A stretch of DNA of 64,000 nt from Patescibacteria group bacterium (GCA_018902845.1 JAHIPV010000013.1:82766-146765), one strand, 5' to 3'. Positions 18,092-29,430 are shown, numbered from the stretch's first letter. Notes: a model not told the origin generated them from the letters alone. Program-made: numbers and translations.

Positions 18092-20290
18092 ATGAATCAA
18101 AAAACAATTTTACAAATTCAAGGCATGCACTGTGCCTCGTGTGCAACCACTATAGAAAATGCTCTCAAAAAGGAAAAGGCCATCATTTCAGCCAATATTA
18201 ATTTTGCTTCGGAAAAAGCCAATTTAGAGTTTGACTCTAAAAAAATCAAAATCAAGCAAATCAAAAAAATTATTCAAAAATTAGGCTATCAAACTAATCA
18301 GCAAAAAACTCAAGGAATAAAACAATTAAAAAAACGACTTATTTTTTCCTCTCTATTTGCCTTGCCACTCATTTATATTGTTATGGGCCAAATGCTTGGT
18401 CTGCCAATACCGCCATTTATTAAAGAATCAAATATTTTGATTCAATTTGTTTTAGCCACAATTGTAATTTTGGCTTGTTTTAATCTCTGGATCTCTGGAT
18501 TTAAGAATTTAATACAGCTAAGGCCCAATATGGATTCTCTAATTTTTATTGGCACGGCCACCGCTTATTTTTACAGCCTTGCTCTGTCTGTTTCTTTTTG
18601 GTTGCAAATTCAAAAATCACCTCCTCATTTATATTATGAAAGCACTGTCTTTATTCTTGTTTTTATTTCACTTGGCAAATATCTGGAAACAATTACAAAA
18701 GGAAAGACCGGTCAAGCCATAAAAAAATTAATTGGGCTTCAGCCAAAAGAAGCAACGATTATCAAAAACGGTCAGGAAATGAAAATTCCCATTTCCGAAG
18801 TAAAAGTTGGGGATATTGTTTTGGTAAAACCCGGCCAAAAAATTCCGGTCGATGGAATCGTAATTGATGGATATTCAGGCGTGGACGAAAAAGCAATAAC
18901 CGGTGAGAGCCTTCCGGTTGAAAAAAGAAAAGGGGACAGAGTTATTGGCGCCACAATTAACAAAACTGGTGTTTTAAGGTTTAAAGCAACAAAAGTTGGA
19001 AAAGATACCATGTTGGCTCAAATTATAAAAACAGTGGAAGAAGCAATCGGTTCAAAAGCGCCGATTCAACTTCTGGCTGACAGAGTTTCTTTTTATTTTG
19101 TTCCCGCAGTAATCGCTATGGCCATTTTTGCTTTTATTATCTGGATTATTTTAGGCCAATCTCTTGCTTTTGCCTTGACTGTTTTTGTAGCTGTTCTTAT
19201 TATTGCCTGTCCTTGCGCCTTAGGATTGGCAACTCCCACAGCCGTCATGATGGGCACAGGGCTGGCGGCTCAACATGGCATTTTAATTAAAACCAGCAAA
19301 GCCTTAGAGACGGCCCAAAAAGTAAACATAATTATTTTTGATAAAACAGGCACTTTAACCAAAGGCGAACCAAAAGTGACAAACATCCTAAGCCTATTAA
19401 AGTCCATGTCTCAAAAGCAAGTTTTGCAGATAGCCGCTTCAATAGAAAAAAACTCTCAACATCCTCTTGCTCAAGCTATTGTTCAAAAAGCCAAATTAGA
19501 AAACCTTAGTTTTTTAAACATCCAAAATTTTGAAGAAATACCAGGCAAAGGTGTTATAGCTCAATCCAAAGGAATCAAGCTTTTATTGGGAACAAGAAAG
19601 TTAATGGGCCAAAATAATATCAATACGAATTCTATCGAGAAACAATTGGCCAAATTAGAAAATCAAGGCAAAACAGCCATGATTTTGGCTCAAGCTAAAA
19701 ATATTATTGGAATAATTGCCGTAGCCGATACTTTAAAAAAGTATTCCAAAGAAGCGGTGGCCATGTTGCACAAATTGGGCAAAAAAGTCGCCATAATTAC
19801 GGGGGATAACAAAAGAGTAGGACAAGCCATTGCCAAACAAGTCAATATAGACAAAATTTTAGCCCAAGTTTTACCCCGGCAAAAATCAGAAGAAATCAAA
19901 AAATTACAAAAAGAAGGAAATGTTGTGGCCATGGTGGGCGATGGCATAAACGACGCTCCGGCTTTGGCTCAAGCTGATTTGGGTATTGCTTTAGGTTCCG
20001 GCACAGATGTGGCTATGGAAACCGGAGAAATAGTTTTAATTAAAGATGATCTAAGAGATGTGATAACAGCCATTGATTTAAGCAAATACACTTTAAACAA
20101 AATTAAACAAAATCTTTTCTGGGCTTTCTTTTACAATATTGTCAGTATTCCTATCGCCGCCGGTATTTTGTATCCTTTTACCGGCTGGCTTTTAAATCCG
20201 GCAATTGCCGCCGCAGCCATGGCACTTTCGTCAATTAGTGTTGTTTCAAATGCTCTTTTGATGAAAAGATACCAACCCAAACAACTCTAA
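18092..20290 (+). CDS. copA: Copper-translocating P1B-type ATPase
   Basis: HMA motif [18 protein letters not shown] motif ([12 protein letters not shown]), [17 protein letters not shown]. 732 aa. Confidence 0.9.
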   Translation: MNQKTILQIQGMHCASCATTIENALKKEKAIISANINFASEKANLEFDSKKIKIKQIKKIIQKLGYQTNQQKTQGIKQLKKRLIFSSLFALPLIYIVMGQMLGLPIPPFIKESNILIQFVLATIVILACFNLWISGFKNLIQLRPNMDSLIFIGTATAYFYSLALSVSFWLQIQKSPPHLYYESTVFILVFISLGKYLETITKGKTGQAIKKLIGLQPKEATIIKNGQEMKIPISEVKVGDIVLVKPGQKIPVDGIVIDGYSGVDEKAITGESLPVEKRKGDRVIGATINKTGVLRFKATKVGKDTMLAQIIKTVEEAIGSKAPIQLLADRVSFYFVPAVIAMAIFAFIIWIILGQSLAFALTVFVAVLIIACPCALGLATPTAVMMGTGLAAQHGILIKTSKALETAQKVNIIIFDKTGTLTKGEPKVTNILSLLKSMSQKQVLQIAASIEKNSQHPLAQAIVQKAKLENLSFLNIQNFEEIPGKGVIAQSKGIKLLLGTRKLMGQNNINTNSIEKQLAKLENQGKTAMILAQAKNIIGIIAVADTLKKYSKEAVAMLHKLGKKVAIITGDNKRVGQAIAKQVNIDKILAQVLPRQKSEEIKKLQKEGNVVAMVGDGINDAPALAQADLGIALGSGTDVAMETGEIVLIKDDLRDVITAIDLSKYTLNKIKQNLFWAFFYNIVSIPIAAGILYPFTGWLLNPAIAAAAMALSSISVVSNALLMKRYQPKQL

Positions 20291-20400
20291 TCCAGCCTCG
20301 CCATCTTTTGACAATCAAAATTTTATTTTTCTCTTATTTTTTTATTTTTCAAAAATTCCCTAGTCCGCCTTTGGCGGATAAATTTGTGATTTGCTTTCCC

Positions 20401-20520
20401 CTTCCGTCATCCTGAGTGAGTTTTACGACCGAAGGATCTAGCGAAGCGTTTTTTTTGGAAATTCTTTAGTCCGCCTTTGGAGGAAGAATTTCGGATTTGG
20501 GATTTAGGATTTATTAAAAA
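20401..20520. repeat. Composite repeat: family A, family C (tagtccgcctttggcgga) and family D units
   Basis: ccgtcatcctgagtgagttttacgaccgaaggatctagcgaagcg, then ttggaaattctttagtccgcctttggaggaagaatttcggatttgggatttaggattt. Confidence 0.6.
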
Positions 20521-20539
20521 TTTCCCGCTCCCAGCGTGG

Positions 20540-20665
20540 TCGGCATTGTACCGAAAAATTCGAACTATATATATGAAATTATAACACTCGCCCCGCACGC
20601 TGTGCCTGTCCGCCTGTGGCGGAGGCGGTCGGCACGGCGAAAACAGCGGGGCTCCGCCGACGCAA
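20540..20665. repeat. IR-A left copy; its reverse complement is 27681-27804
   Basis: tcggcattgtaccgaaaaattcgaactatatatatgaaattataacactcgccccgcacgctgtgcctgtccgcctgtggcggaggcggtcggcacggcg matches the reverse complement of 27700-27804 with about 2 mismatches. Similarity decays over the outer ~20 bp. Confidence 0.85.
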
Positions 20666-20844
20666 AGCTATGGCGGACACAGTCGATTGAAAATTATTTT
20701 TTGCGCGCGCGATTTTTCAAAAACGCAGAATCATCGAAAAACTTTGTCAGTATATTTTTCTTAAATTTGACTACACTCCTACTGTCACTTTTAATGATAA
20801 AAGCTCTGCCTATAATATTTTGCTAACAGATTCAATCAAATCTC

Positions 20845-21504
20845 TTACTTGATATCGTTTGTCCGACATTCGATATAAAGATTCTTCACTAATTTATCTA
20901 GTTTCTTAAACCTACTTTTTGCTAGTTGACCTATTTTCTTGAAGTGATATTCACTCAATTGGCTAAGGGCAATTGGTCTTCCTTTTTTGCTCCAATATTC
21001 AAACATGCCATCTAAATTACGTTCCCTATGTTCATTAAATGCGATGAGACGAATTAAAAGCATTATTCCACTATTATCTAACCTATCTGCATCCCAGATT
21101 ACATATGATTCAAATTCAGTTAGGTTATTTCCATGGTGACCACCAATTATTCTGCTGATCTTTTTTATTAAATCACTGTTACCCACGTATTTACCTAAAT
21201 AATCTGCAATTATTTTCTCTCCAACTTCATCGTGTTTGAATTTTTCATCATCATAGCCTTCCATAAATTTCATATCATTAACTTTATGTATTTTACCAAT
21301 GTCATGGAATAAGGCAGCGATCAATAAAGCGTCTTTGTTGACATTTTTATTCTTTAAAAAATCCATTTCACAAAAATGTTTACAATAATTAAACACTCTG
21401 ACACCGTGATCTAAGCGGTATTCATATCCTGTGTATTCTTTTACACCTTTAAATACTCTCGTATATTTTTTTATTAAATCATCGTAATTAATGCTATTGC
21501 TCAT
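20845..21504 (-). CDS. HD-domain phosphohydrolase
   Basis: LLIAALFHDIGKIH, IIGGHHG, WDADRLD. Confidence 0.65.
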   Translation of the reverse strand: MSNSINYDDLIKKYTRVFKGVKEYTGYEYRLDHGVRVFNYCKHFCEMDFLKNKNVNKDALLIAALFHDIGKIHKVNDMKFMEGYDDEKFKHDEVGEKIIADYLGKYVGNSDLIKKISRIIGGHHGNNLTEFESYVIWDADRLDNSGIMLLIRLIAFNEHRERNLDGMFEYWSKKGRPIALSQLSEYHFKKIGQLAKSRFKKLDKLVKNLYIECRTNDIK

Positions 21505-21516
21505 ACATACCGGACT

Positions 21517-22554
21517 TTAATTAAAAGACGATCCTCCAGGAAACCATAAGCCTTCGGTTTCGTCAAAGCCATTCATTAAATTATAATTTTGTATAGCCTG
21601 TCCCGCCCCACCTTTAATTAAATTATCAATCGCGGCAAGAATAACGATAAATTTGTTCTTAGCGTAAACTGAAATGTCAATGAAATTTGTACCAGACACA
21701 TTTCTAATCTCGGGAGAAACGTCTCTGAATCTCACAAACGGTTCGCCTCGGTAGCGTTCGGTAAAAATATTTTTTATTTCTGATGTGGTTACTGTCTTAT
21801 CTGTAGTTATGCACATACTAGCCAACATACCTCTTTTCCACGGCCCAACATGCGGGATTATTGCAGGTACTAACCGTACTCCTGTCTTGTCATTAATAAA
21901 CGCAACTATTTCATCTTCGTGCTGATGGGTAAAAACTTTAAATGCTCTATAGTTTTCATTCCTAATAGGGAAATGCGTGCCATAAATTGGTTCTGATCCG
22001 GAGCTGCTAGCCCCGCTACTAAAATTGATACAAAGGTTGTTGATGTTGTATTTTGATAGAACTGGAAATAATCCCAACTGAATGACTGTAGCGGCACAGC
22101 CAGGATTTGCTATCTTTGTGGAGCTACATATTGTTGTTCTGTTTATTTCCGAAAGACCATAGACAAATTCATTATTAACCAGTGGGTGTTGGATTGATGG
22201 CCTAAAAAAAGATCCCAAATCAATAATTTGGATGTTTACATGTTCTGTCTTTGCTGACTTTATTATTGTATTGATTTCATCTTCTACGATATCAGAAGGG
22301 AATATTGAAAATATCGTCAAATTATCGTTTTTGTATTGATTAAGATTCTTTAGGTTTTCACTAAACTTGATATCTGTAAAACTCTTCAGGCGCGGATGAA
22401 TATCTGAAATAAATTTTCCAGGATTACTATGGGATGTTACTTGAACCACGTCAGTGAACTTGTGTAACAGTAGTATACTAAGTAGTTCACCTGCTACATA
22501 ACCAGATCCACCACATATAACAACTTTTCTTTTTTTCATATTCATAGAAATCAA
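21517..22554 (-). CDS. ArgC/LysY-family semialdehyde dehydrogenase (N-acetyl-gamma-glutamyl-phosphate reductase-like)
   Basis: KVVICGGSGYVAGELL is the Rossmann motif. ANPGCAATVIQLGLFPV is the catalytic Cys motif of the ArgC type. C-terminal NLIKGGAGQAIQNYNLMNGFDETEGL. Confidence 0.6.
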   Translation of the reverse strand: MISMNMKKRKVVICGGSGYVAGELLSILLLHKFTDVVQVTSHSNPGKFISDIHPRLKSFTDIKFSENLKNLNQYKNDNLTIFSIFPSDIVEDEINTIIKSAKTEHVNIQIIDLGSFFRPSIQHPLVNNEFVYGLSEINRTTICSSTKIANPGCAATVIQLGLFPVLSKYNINNLCINFSSGASSSGSEPIYGTHFPIRNENYRAFKVFTHQHEDEIVAFINDKTGVRLVPAIIPHVGPWKRGMLASMCITTDKTVTTSEIKNIFTERYRGEPFVRFRDVSPEIRNVSGTNFIDISVYAKNKFIVILAAIDNLIKGGAGQAIQNYNLMNGFDETEGLWFPGGSSFN

Positions 22555-22579
22555 ATAGTTGTGATATTATAGATAATAT

Positions 22580-23545
22580 ATGCATCAAAATATAGATACA
22601 ATAAACAATTTGATTGGTATCTTCAAGAAGAGGTTAGCAAGACAGTTTGGTCAAAGTCTGGTGCTTTTTGATATCACTGCTTACCAAAACAAAGGTGAAG
22701 TTATTCTTAATGGCGAGGTGGGAACTGTCAAATTAAAGAATAAATTTATGGGCATAATTAACAGAAAAAAGATAACTGTAACTGATAATATTAAAACTTT
22801 ATCAGACCCAAAAGATCATCTGGAAAGTGGTTGGGGTAAATCTCTTATAGATCAAAACACATATAGGTCTACAGAAGAGCAGCCGAAGCTAGCGACACAT
22901 GTTTTAAGTGGTGAAACATTTCGTGTCCTGAAGCAAATTAGTGGTTGGTATTTAGTTCAGTTAGAGGACTTGTCTATGGGATGGATCCGCATACCAAACA
23001 AGGATTGTGTTGTGGTTTTTAACGATAAAATCCCAGAATATCGTGAATTTTCAGACCGTTGGCAGAAAGTTCCAAGAGTAAACTCTACTAGATTACAGTT
23101 TGTCTTTCCAGATCAGGAGACACTAGAGAGGAAATTAACAGATATATTTTCTACATATATGGGAATGCCATATATATTTGGTGGACGTTCACCTAAATTC
23201 GGTTTCGATTGTTCCGGATTGATCCAGAATATTATTTTCAAACTTGAGAATGTTCTTTTACCTAAAAACAGTTTGGACCAAATCGTACTTGGAAAAAAAG
23301 CCAATATAAAAGCATTTGATAAAAACCAATTCAAAATTGGTGACATAGTTTTTATTAGGATCAGAAAGAAGATCCCTCATAGTGGAATAGTGACCAGTCA
23401 GGGCATTTTGCATGCAGAAGGTTTAAATCAAAAAATAGTTCTTATCGATAGTTTTGAGGATATTGCTAATCCAGCTAAATTTGCTCATCAATGGCAAAGA
23501 GATTTTGGTAAAGTAGTCCGGTTTTTTCGGTTTCAAAATGACTAG
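22580..23545 (+). CDS. NlpC/P60-family peptidase with N-terminal SH3-like domain
   Basis: YIFGGRSPKFGFDCSGLIQNI carries the catalytic Cys. HSGIV carries the His. An upstream region is SH3b-like. Confidence 0.6.
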   Translation: MHQNIDTINNLIGIFKKRLARQFGQSLVLFDITAYQNKGEVILNGEVGTVKLKNKFMGIINRKKITVTDNIKTLSDPKDHLESGWGKSLIDQNTYRSTEEQPKLATHVLSGETFRVLKQISGWYLVQLEDLSMGWIRIPNKDCVVVFNDKIPEYREFSDRWQKVPRVNSTRLQFVFPDQETLERKLTDIFSTYMGMPYIFGGRSPKFGFDCSGLIQNIIFKLENVLLPKNSLDQIVLGKKANIKAFDKNQFKIGDIVFIRIRKKIPHSGIVTSQGILHAEGLNQKIVLIDSFEDIANPAKFAHQWQRDFGKVVRFFRFQND

Positions 23546-25221
23546 AACCTAACAGGTGGCATAATATCTCTATTAGAGATTATATCTATAACCGATGGTA
23601 CTTGGTTTTTCAATATTGTATTTACTAATTCACTGTTAAGGTTGTTCAAGTTGGTTATTCTATATCCAGCCGCACCAAGTGATCTTGCCATTGTGTCAAA
23701 CCTCGGTTTTGTACTGTAGAAATTTGCACTGCTTGTAAATCCGGTTTGAACCTGACCATGGTGAATTGCCGCCAAACCATAATTGTTAATAATTATCCAT
23801 ATAATCGGTAATTTATACTCAACTGCTGTGTGCACTTCTGTACCATGCATAAGGAAGCTTCCATCACCAACGATAGCAACAACAGGTTTATTAAGGGCAA
23901 AACTTGCACCAATAACACCAGCAGTAGCATAACCCATTGGTGAAAATCCTCCACCTTCAATAAAAGTATACGGGGTATTGAACTCCATTCGGTTTATGGC
24001 CCATGCTCGAGGTGTGCCAGCGTCAACAATAAAAATAGTTTTATCGTCGAACAAGAAACGGACTTTATCTATAACCATACCAGGATCAAGGCCGGATTTG
24101 TCGTATTTTTTGTTGAGGATTTCACACTTATCGTAGTATTTACTTTTAAGTTCTAAATTTTTCTTAAGGGCAGTATCCGTTGCTCGTAATTTGATCCTAT
24201 TATTCATCTCTTTTAGAATTACTTTAATATCACCAAGCACACTTATCCCGACCTTCAGATTTTTCCCAAATGAGGCAAAATCATTATCAATTTGGATAAT
24301 GAAGCTGTCTCTTAGATTGTCACACCAAAGGTTCGTTGACCATGAACCGAGTCTTGAACCGACAACTAATACTATGTCAAACTTCTCTTTATTTAATAAA
24401 TTATTTGCTAAACATGAACCTGCATGTCCTATAGTTCCGAAGAATAGTTTGTTTTTGTTTGCAAAGCAACTCTTTGCCTTGCTAGTAGTTACCACAGGTA
24501 CGAATAATTTGTTTACTAATTCTCCAAATTCATCGACTGCCCTAGAAGCTAAAACTCCATGTCCACCAATAACTAAAATCGTTTTTGCTTTGGAAATTTT
24601 ATCTACAGCAGCGCATATATTTTTTTTACTTTCATCTAGTAAATAATTGTTTTCAGATAACTTGCAACTTGGGAGATTCTTCGTTTGTAGGACACTGACA
24701 TCTGAAGTAATTATATTTACAGGTAAGGATAAAAATATAGGCTGTTTCTTGTCATTTATTGTATTGACTGTTTGAATTAGTCGTTTGACCGCATTTTTTG
24801 GATTGGTACATATCAAACTTTGGTTGATTACCATCTTATACATTCCAACGACATTAATAGACTTTGGATCTGAACTCTGAAACACATCTTTACCAAAATA
24901 CTTTGTATTTACCTCACCCGAAATTATCAGAAGGGGTGTAGAGTTGGATTTTGCCATGGCCAATGCTGTTCCTAGCCCTGTGGCACCAGGACCAGATGAT
25001 ACAAGACACACACCAATTTTACCTGATACTCTCGAATATACCTCGGCCATGTAGCCAGCACCTAACTCTGATTTAGCAAGAACAAATTTAATTTTTTTTG
25101 ATTTACTTATATCTTCAAGTATTGGTTTAATAGGAGCACCAGGAATTCCAAACACATATTCGACCCCTATGTTTTCCAGTAGACTTACCAAAACTTCACT
25201 AAACTTCTTTTTTAGAATCAT
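23542..25221 (-). CDS. Thiamine-diphosphate-dependent enzyme (acetolactate synthase large-subunit family)
   Basis: N-terminal ThDP pyrimidine-binding domain (GIPGAPIKPIL...ELGAGYMAEVYSRVSG...SGPGATGLGTALAMA). C-terminal GDGSFLMHG Mg-ThDP motif. Confidence 0.7.
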   Translation of the reverse strand: MILKKKFSEVLVSLLENIGVEYVFGIPGAPIKPILEDISKSKKIKFVLAKSELGAGYMAEVYSRVSGKIGVCLVSSGPGATGLGTALAMAKSNSTPLLIISGEVNTKYFGKDVFQSSDPKSINVVGMYKMVINQSLICTNPKNAVKRLIQTVNTINDKKQPIFLSLPVNIITSDVSVLQTKNLPSCKLSENNYLLDESKKNICAAVDKISKAKTILVIGGHGVLASRAVDEFGELVNKLFVPVVTTSKAKSCFANKNKLFFGTIGHAGSCLANNLLNKEKFDIVLVVGSRLGSWSTNLWCDNLRDSFIIQIDNDFASFGKNLKVGISVLGDIKVILKEMNNRIKLRATDTALKKNLELKSKYYDKCEILNKKYDKSGLDPGMVIDKVRFLFDDKTIFIVDAGTPRAWAINRMEFNTPYTFIEGGGFSPMGYATAGVIGASFALNKPVVAIVGDGSFLMHGTEVHTAVEYKLPIIWIIINNYGLAAIHHGQVQTGFTSSANFYSTKPRFDTMARSLGAAGYRITNLNNLNSELVNTILKNQVPSVIDIISNRDIMPPVRF

Positions 25222-26029
25222 AATTCTTTTTCGAGCAACTTTATTATGTTATTTTGATCTTTATGTTTGTATCCCGAAAATACTTTTTCTGTTAAATCAA
25301 TTAATGGAAAACGACCGTACTTTCGTGTAAATTTTTTTATCATGGCAGTATCTTTTTCTCTGATGTCAATACATTCACTTGGAGTAATTTGTTTGGTCAG
25401 TATACTGTTAATGTTTCTTTTCCACACCCAATAAATATTTGTCAATATTCCATCTAGTAAAATTTTTTGATGTCGTTTATTTAATTTCAACAAATTAATC
25501 AATCTCAATATCTCAAAAGATATGATCAAGTTTGTATATCTTGGTGTATTTCTCAACAGTTTTAGTGTTGATGCTGAACCCACATCGCCGGTATAAACGA
25601 TATGTTTTGAAAATAATTTGAGTAAAGGCTTCATTCTTCTATAAACATTGGGAGCTCCACCTACCTCCAAGTGTAAAATACCAAGTTTGGCATCATTTTC
25701 GCGTCCTTTTATGGGAGACTCCAGGTAAGAGACTTTCTTTTTTTTACATATTTGAGTATGCCATTTTTCCCAAAAATAACTTCTTTTGATACTCTTGGTA
25801 GAGGCAGGCATATAAAAAATACTTTTGCACTTTGTGCAATACTAGTTAAATCCGGGCAAGCTATGCAACTGTCACCAAATTCTGACTTTAATTTGTTAGA
25901 TTTTGCTTTATCTTTATCAAAAACAAATATGGAGCTACTAGTATTTTTGATGATGTTTGAAGCAATACCATATCCCATTCTTCCAAGGCCTATAACTCCT
26001 ATCAGAAAGCTGTCCTTATTCATTTTCAA
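25218..26029 (-). pseudogene. 3-hydroxyisobutyrate/6-phosphogluconate dehydrogenase-family oxidoreductase split by a frameshift in a T8 homopolymer
   Basis: ORF 25709-26029 carries the NAD-binding IGVIGLGRMGYGIASNI. ORF 25218-25811 carries the C-terminal HIBADH-like HLEVGGAPNVYRRMKPLLKLFSKHIVYTGDVGSASTLKLLRN. The two overlap out of frame around the poly-A/T run at 25735-25745. Confidence 0.5.
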
Positions 26030-27611
26030 GTAATTCCTTTAATACCAAATAATCATTAAACGGTATTTTTTCAGAACCTATTTGTTGGAGGTTGTGATGA
26101 CCACTGCCTAAAACAATAATTAAATCTCCCGGATGTCGTATTTCCAAAGCTTTTTTAATTGCCAACCTTCTGTCGGGAATTGTAATAAATGCGCTATTTG
26201 ACTTTATAACACCTTCTTTAATTTCCTTTACTGCAACATCAACTGATTCAAGTTTAGGGTTATTAGTGGTTATCACAACGATATCAGCTTTTTCCCCAAT
26301 CACTTGTCCCATTAGTCGCCTCTTTTGATTTTGGCCATCCCACTCTCCTCCATAAACGGCAATGACTCTTCCTTTGACGAGAGATCTTGATAAATTGAGT
26401 GATTCGGACAATGAGCTCTCATTGTGGGCGTAATCAACCACAAATACAGAATCGTTCTTCTCGATGATCTGGTATCTACCAGGAGGAACCGTGATTTCGG
26501 GTAGTACTTTGACAATGTTTTCTATAGATACTCCCATCTCGGCGGCCGCTAGAATGGCCGCTAAACAATTCTGTACCTGAAAAGCACCCATTAAATTAAT
26601 TTTAGTTTGGTATGATGCTCCGTTAATCGTAAAACAAAAAATAGTTCCCCGAAGTGTTTCAATTATTTCTTCGGCGTAGAGGTCGGCCATTTTGTCTTTG
26701 GTGCTAAATGTTAATACTTTAAGATTGGATGGGAAGATCTTGTCTTGGCCTAATGTAGAATCGTCCTTGTTAGTAACTATAAAACCGCCACTTTTAATTA
26801 GATCACCCAAATGTTTTTTTGTAGCTAGGTACTCTGCAAACGTACCATGGTAGTCGATGTGATCGTTGGAGATATTCGTAAAAATCGCCCCAGTAAACAT
26901 AGAGGAGTCAACTCTTTTTAGCGCTAAATCATATGAGTTCACTTCCATGACTACGGCATTTTTACCTCCGTCCGCGTCAAGACGAATTCTTTCAACAATT
27001 CTATTTGCCTCCAGTATCTGGCTATCCGATTTAACACCAGTAAACGAAAATAATGCGCCACTTGTGTAAGAACCAAATGCATCTACTTGTTTACCGCAGA
27101 GTTTTAGTATAGAAGCAAGCATCCAAATTGTACTAGTTTTTCCACTCGATCCAGTAACACCTATAACAGAAATCTCTTTTGAGGGGAAACCAAAGTAATA
27201 ATTCGATATTTTTGCAACCGCTTCTCTAGTATCTTTAACTTGAACTTGTGGGATATTTATACCTTCTTGCAACTCAGAAACTATACAGCATACCGCACCT
27301 TGTTGTTTGACGTCTTGTATAAACTTGTGACTATCAAAATTTCTTCCTTGATTTGCTACAAAAATAGCATTCTGTTTGACTTCTCGCGAATCAAAACATA
27401 TATCACTAACTTCCACCCCATTTATTGATTTATCGAAAAATACCGTATTAACAATATCGTCGCTAAGATATTTAAGAATATTTCCTACTTTTTTTTTGCT
27501 TAATAGACATTTACTTTTATCGTTCAAATATAATTTTTGTGCATTATACAGCAATTTTATCACTATCCATTTTAAATGGATCACCAAAAACGGTCTGGCT
27601 GATAACATCAA
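26016..27611 (-). CDS. murE: UDP-N-acetylmuramoyl-tripeptide ligase MurE-like (Mur ligase family)
   Basis: VIGVTGSSGKTSTIWMLASIL P-loop. DYAHNESSL corresponds to the Mur ligase DxAHNP motif. Three-domain architecture. The true start is probably an internal Met or TTG. Confidence 0.7.
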   Translation of the reverse strand: MMLSARPFLVIHLKWIVIKLLYNAQKLYLNDKSKCLLSKKKVGNILKYLSDDIVNTVFFDKSINGVEVSDICFDSREVKQNAIFVANQGRNFDSHKFIQDVKQQGAVCCIVSELQEGINIPQVQVKDTREAVAKISNYYFGFPSKEISVIGVTGSSGKTSTIWMLASILKLCGKQVDAFGSYTSGALFSFTGVKSDSQILEANRIVERIRLDADGGKNAVVMEVNSYDLALKRVDSSMFTGAIFTNISNDHIDYHGTFAEYLATKKHLGDLIKSGGFIVTNKDDSTLGQDKIFPSNLKVLTFSTKDKMADLYAEEIIETLRGTIFCFTINGASYQTKINLMGAFQVQNCLAAILAAAEMGVSIENIVKVLPEITVPPGRYQIIEKNDSVFVVDYAHNESSLSESLNLSRSLVKGRVIAVYGGEWDGQNQKRRLMGQVIGEKADIVVITTNNPKLESVDVAVKEIKEGVIKSNSAFITIPDRRLAIKKALEIRHPGDLIIVLGSGHHNLQQIGSEKIPFNDYLVLKELLENE

Positions 27612-27680
27612 GCTATTTGAATATTGGAAATTTTTAGAACCAAATATTACTAAAATTTTTGCGTTACGAGCCGACAGTTT

Positions 27681-27804
27681 TGTTCAATCGAGCCCCGCGT
27701 TTTACGCCGTGCCGACCGCCTCCGCCACAGGCGGACAGGCACGGCGTGCGGGGCGAGTGTTATAATTTCATATATATAGTTCGAATTTTTCGGTACAATG
27801 CCGA
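27681..27804. repeat. IR-A right copy (reverse complement of 20540-20665), directly abutting IR-B
   Basis: See IR-A left. Reading the minus strand through 27895-27681 gives continuous R2-TCGG-R1. Confidence 0.85.
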
Positions 27805-27895
27805 CAATTCATGAATGTTCTGATTTTTTAAAGTGGCGCAGGCCAAACTCGCACCGTTGGCCAGCGCCAAGAATCCGTCATTTTGAAATTTTGGG
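27805..27895. repeat. IR-B left copy; its reverse complement is 29340-29430 (91 bp, identical)
   Basis: caattcatgaatgttctgattttttaaagtggcgcaggccaaactcgcaccgttggccagcgccaagaatccgtcattttgaaattttggg is the reverse complement of 29340-29430. It encodes the same peptide RPKFQNDGFLALANGASLACATLKNQNIHEL on opposite strands. Confidence 0.9.
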
Positions 27896-29339
27896 CGTAC
27901 AATAAAAGTAGTTATAGAAACGCAAAAATTTTTATGAAGTACGTTGCTTACTGCCGTAAATCTACTGATGAACCTGATCGCCAAATTCTTTCAATTGAAG
28001 CTCAAATTGCCGAAGTAAAAGAATTCGCCCAAAGAGAAAACCTAGAAATTGTCAATTTTATTATCGAAAGTCGCACCGCTCGAAAGCCGGGTCGACCAGA
28101 ATTCCAAAAAGTGTTGCAAATGCTTGAGACTGGCAAGGTTGGTGGCATCATTTCATGGCATCCGGATAGGCTAGCTAGAAATTCAATCGATAGCGGTCAA
28201 CTGATATATCTTCTAGACATTGGAAAACTACTTGATTTAAAGTTTCCAACTTTTTGGTTTGATAACACTCCCCAAGGCAAATTTATGCTTAATATCGCTT
28301 TTGGCCAATCCAAATATTATGTCGATAACCTGTCCGAAAATGTAAGGCGCGGAATAAGGCAAAAACTCCGCAGGGGTGAATGGCCATCAAAAGCTCCCTT
28401 TGGTTATCAAATGGATTCCACCAAAAAGTTGATAGTTGACCGTAAAACTGGTAAATATGTTAAACAAATTTTTGAAATGTATGCCACCTGTCGGTATACA
28501 TATGTTGATTTGCAAAACTTTTTGTTCGATCACAAAATTTATTCTAAGCATGGTAATAAAATCGACATTGGTACATTAAAACGAATTCTGATCGACCCCA
28601 TCTATTACGGAACAATGAAGATGAAGGGCGAATTCTTTTAGGGAGTCCATAAACCCATCATCACCAAGAAACTTTTTGACAAAGTTCAAACGGTAATCAA
28701 TCGTAAATCAAAAAATTATTTATCCAACAAAACTGATTTTCACTTCTTAGGTCTAGCCACCTGTGGCGAATGTGGCTCGTCCATTACCGCTGAAAAACAT
28801 CGTAAGCATTACTTGCGTCGAAACATTGATGTTGATTACCACTATTATCGGTGCAGTAAGAAGAAAATGCCATGTCATCAATCATATCTACCATCATCAA
28901 TATTTGAAAATCAATTAAGACAAATAATTTTTAAGGCTTCAATATCACCATTTGTCGCCAAAAAGTTTCTTGATTGGGCTAGTGATGATGTTAATAGTGA
29001 AACCCAAAATACATCAGATGAGATTAATACCCTATCTTCGGCAATTTCAGATACAGATTCCAAACTTAATAATCTTCTCGATGGTTACATTGATAAAACC
29101 ATCGATCCACTTGATTACCAAAGAAAGAAAAACGAATTAATTCAATATAAAGTTACCACCGAGGAGAAAATCAAAGAAATTAATACCAATGGTTCGAGTT
29201 GGCTCGAACCATTTACGGAATTTGTTAATAGTGCGCTACTAGCGCACAAAATCGCGCGTGCAAAAAATAATTGCACCGATTTACTAATCGGTGCCAAAAC
29301 TGTCGGCTCGAACTACTTTTTATTGGATAAAACAATACA

Positions 29340-29430
29340 CCCAAAATTTCAAAATGACGGATTCTTGGCGCTGGCCAACGGTGCGAGTTTGGCCTGCGCC
29401 ACTTTAAAAAATCAGAACATTCATGAATTG
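29340..29430. repeat. IR-B right copy, ending exactly at the 3' end of tRNA-Pro
   Basis: See IR-B left. The junction reads gaattgTCGG|ggatacaggattcgaacc. Confidence 0.9.
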
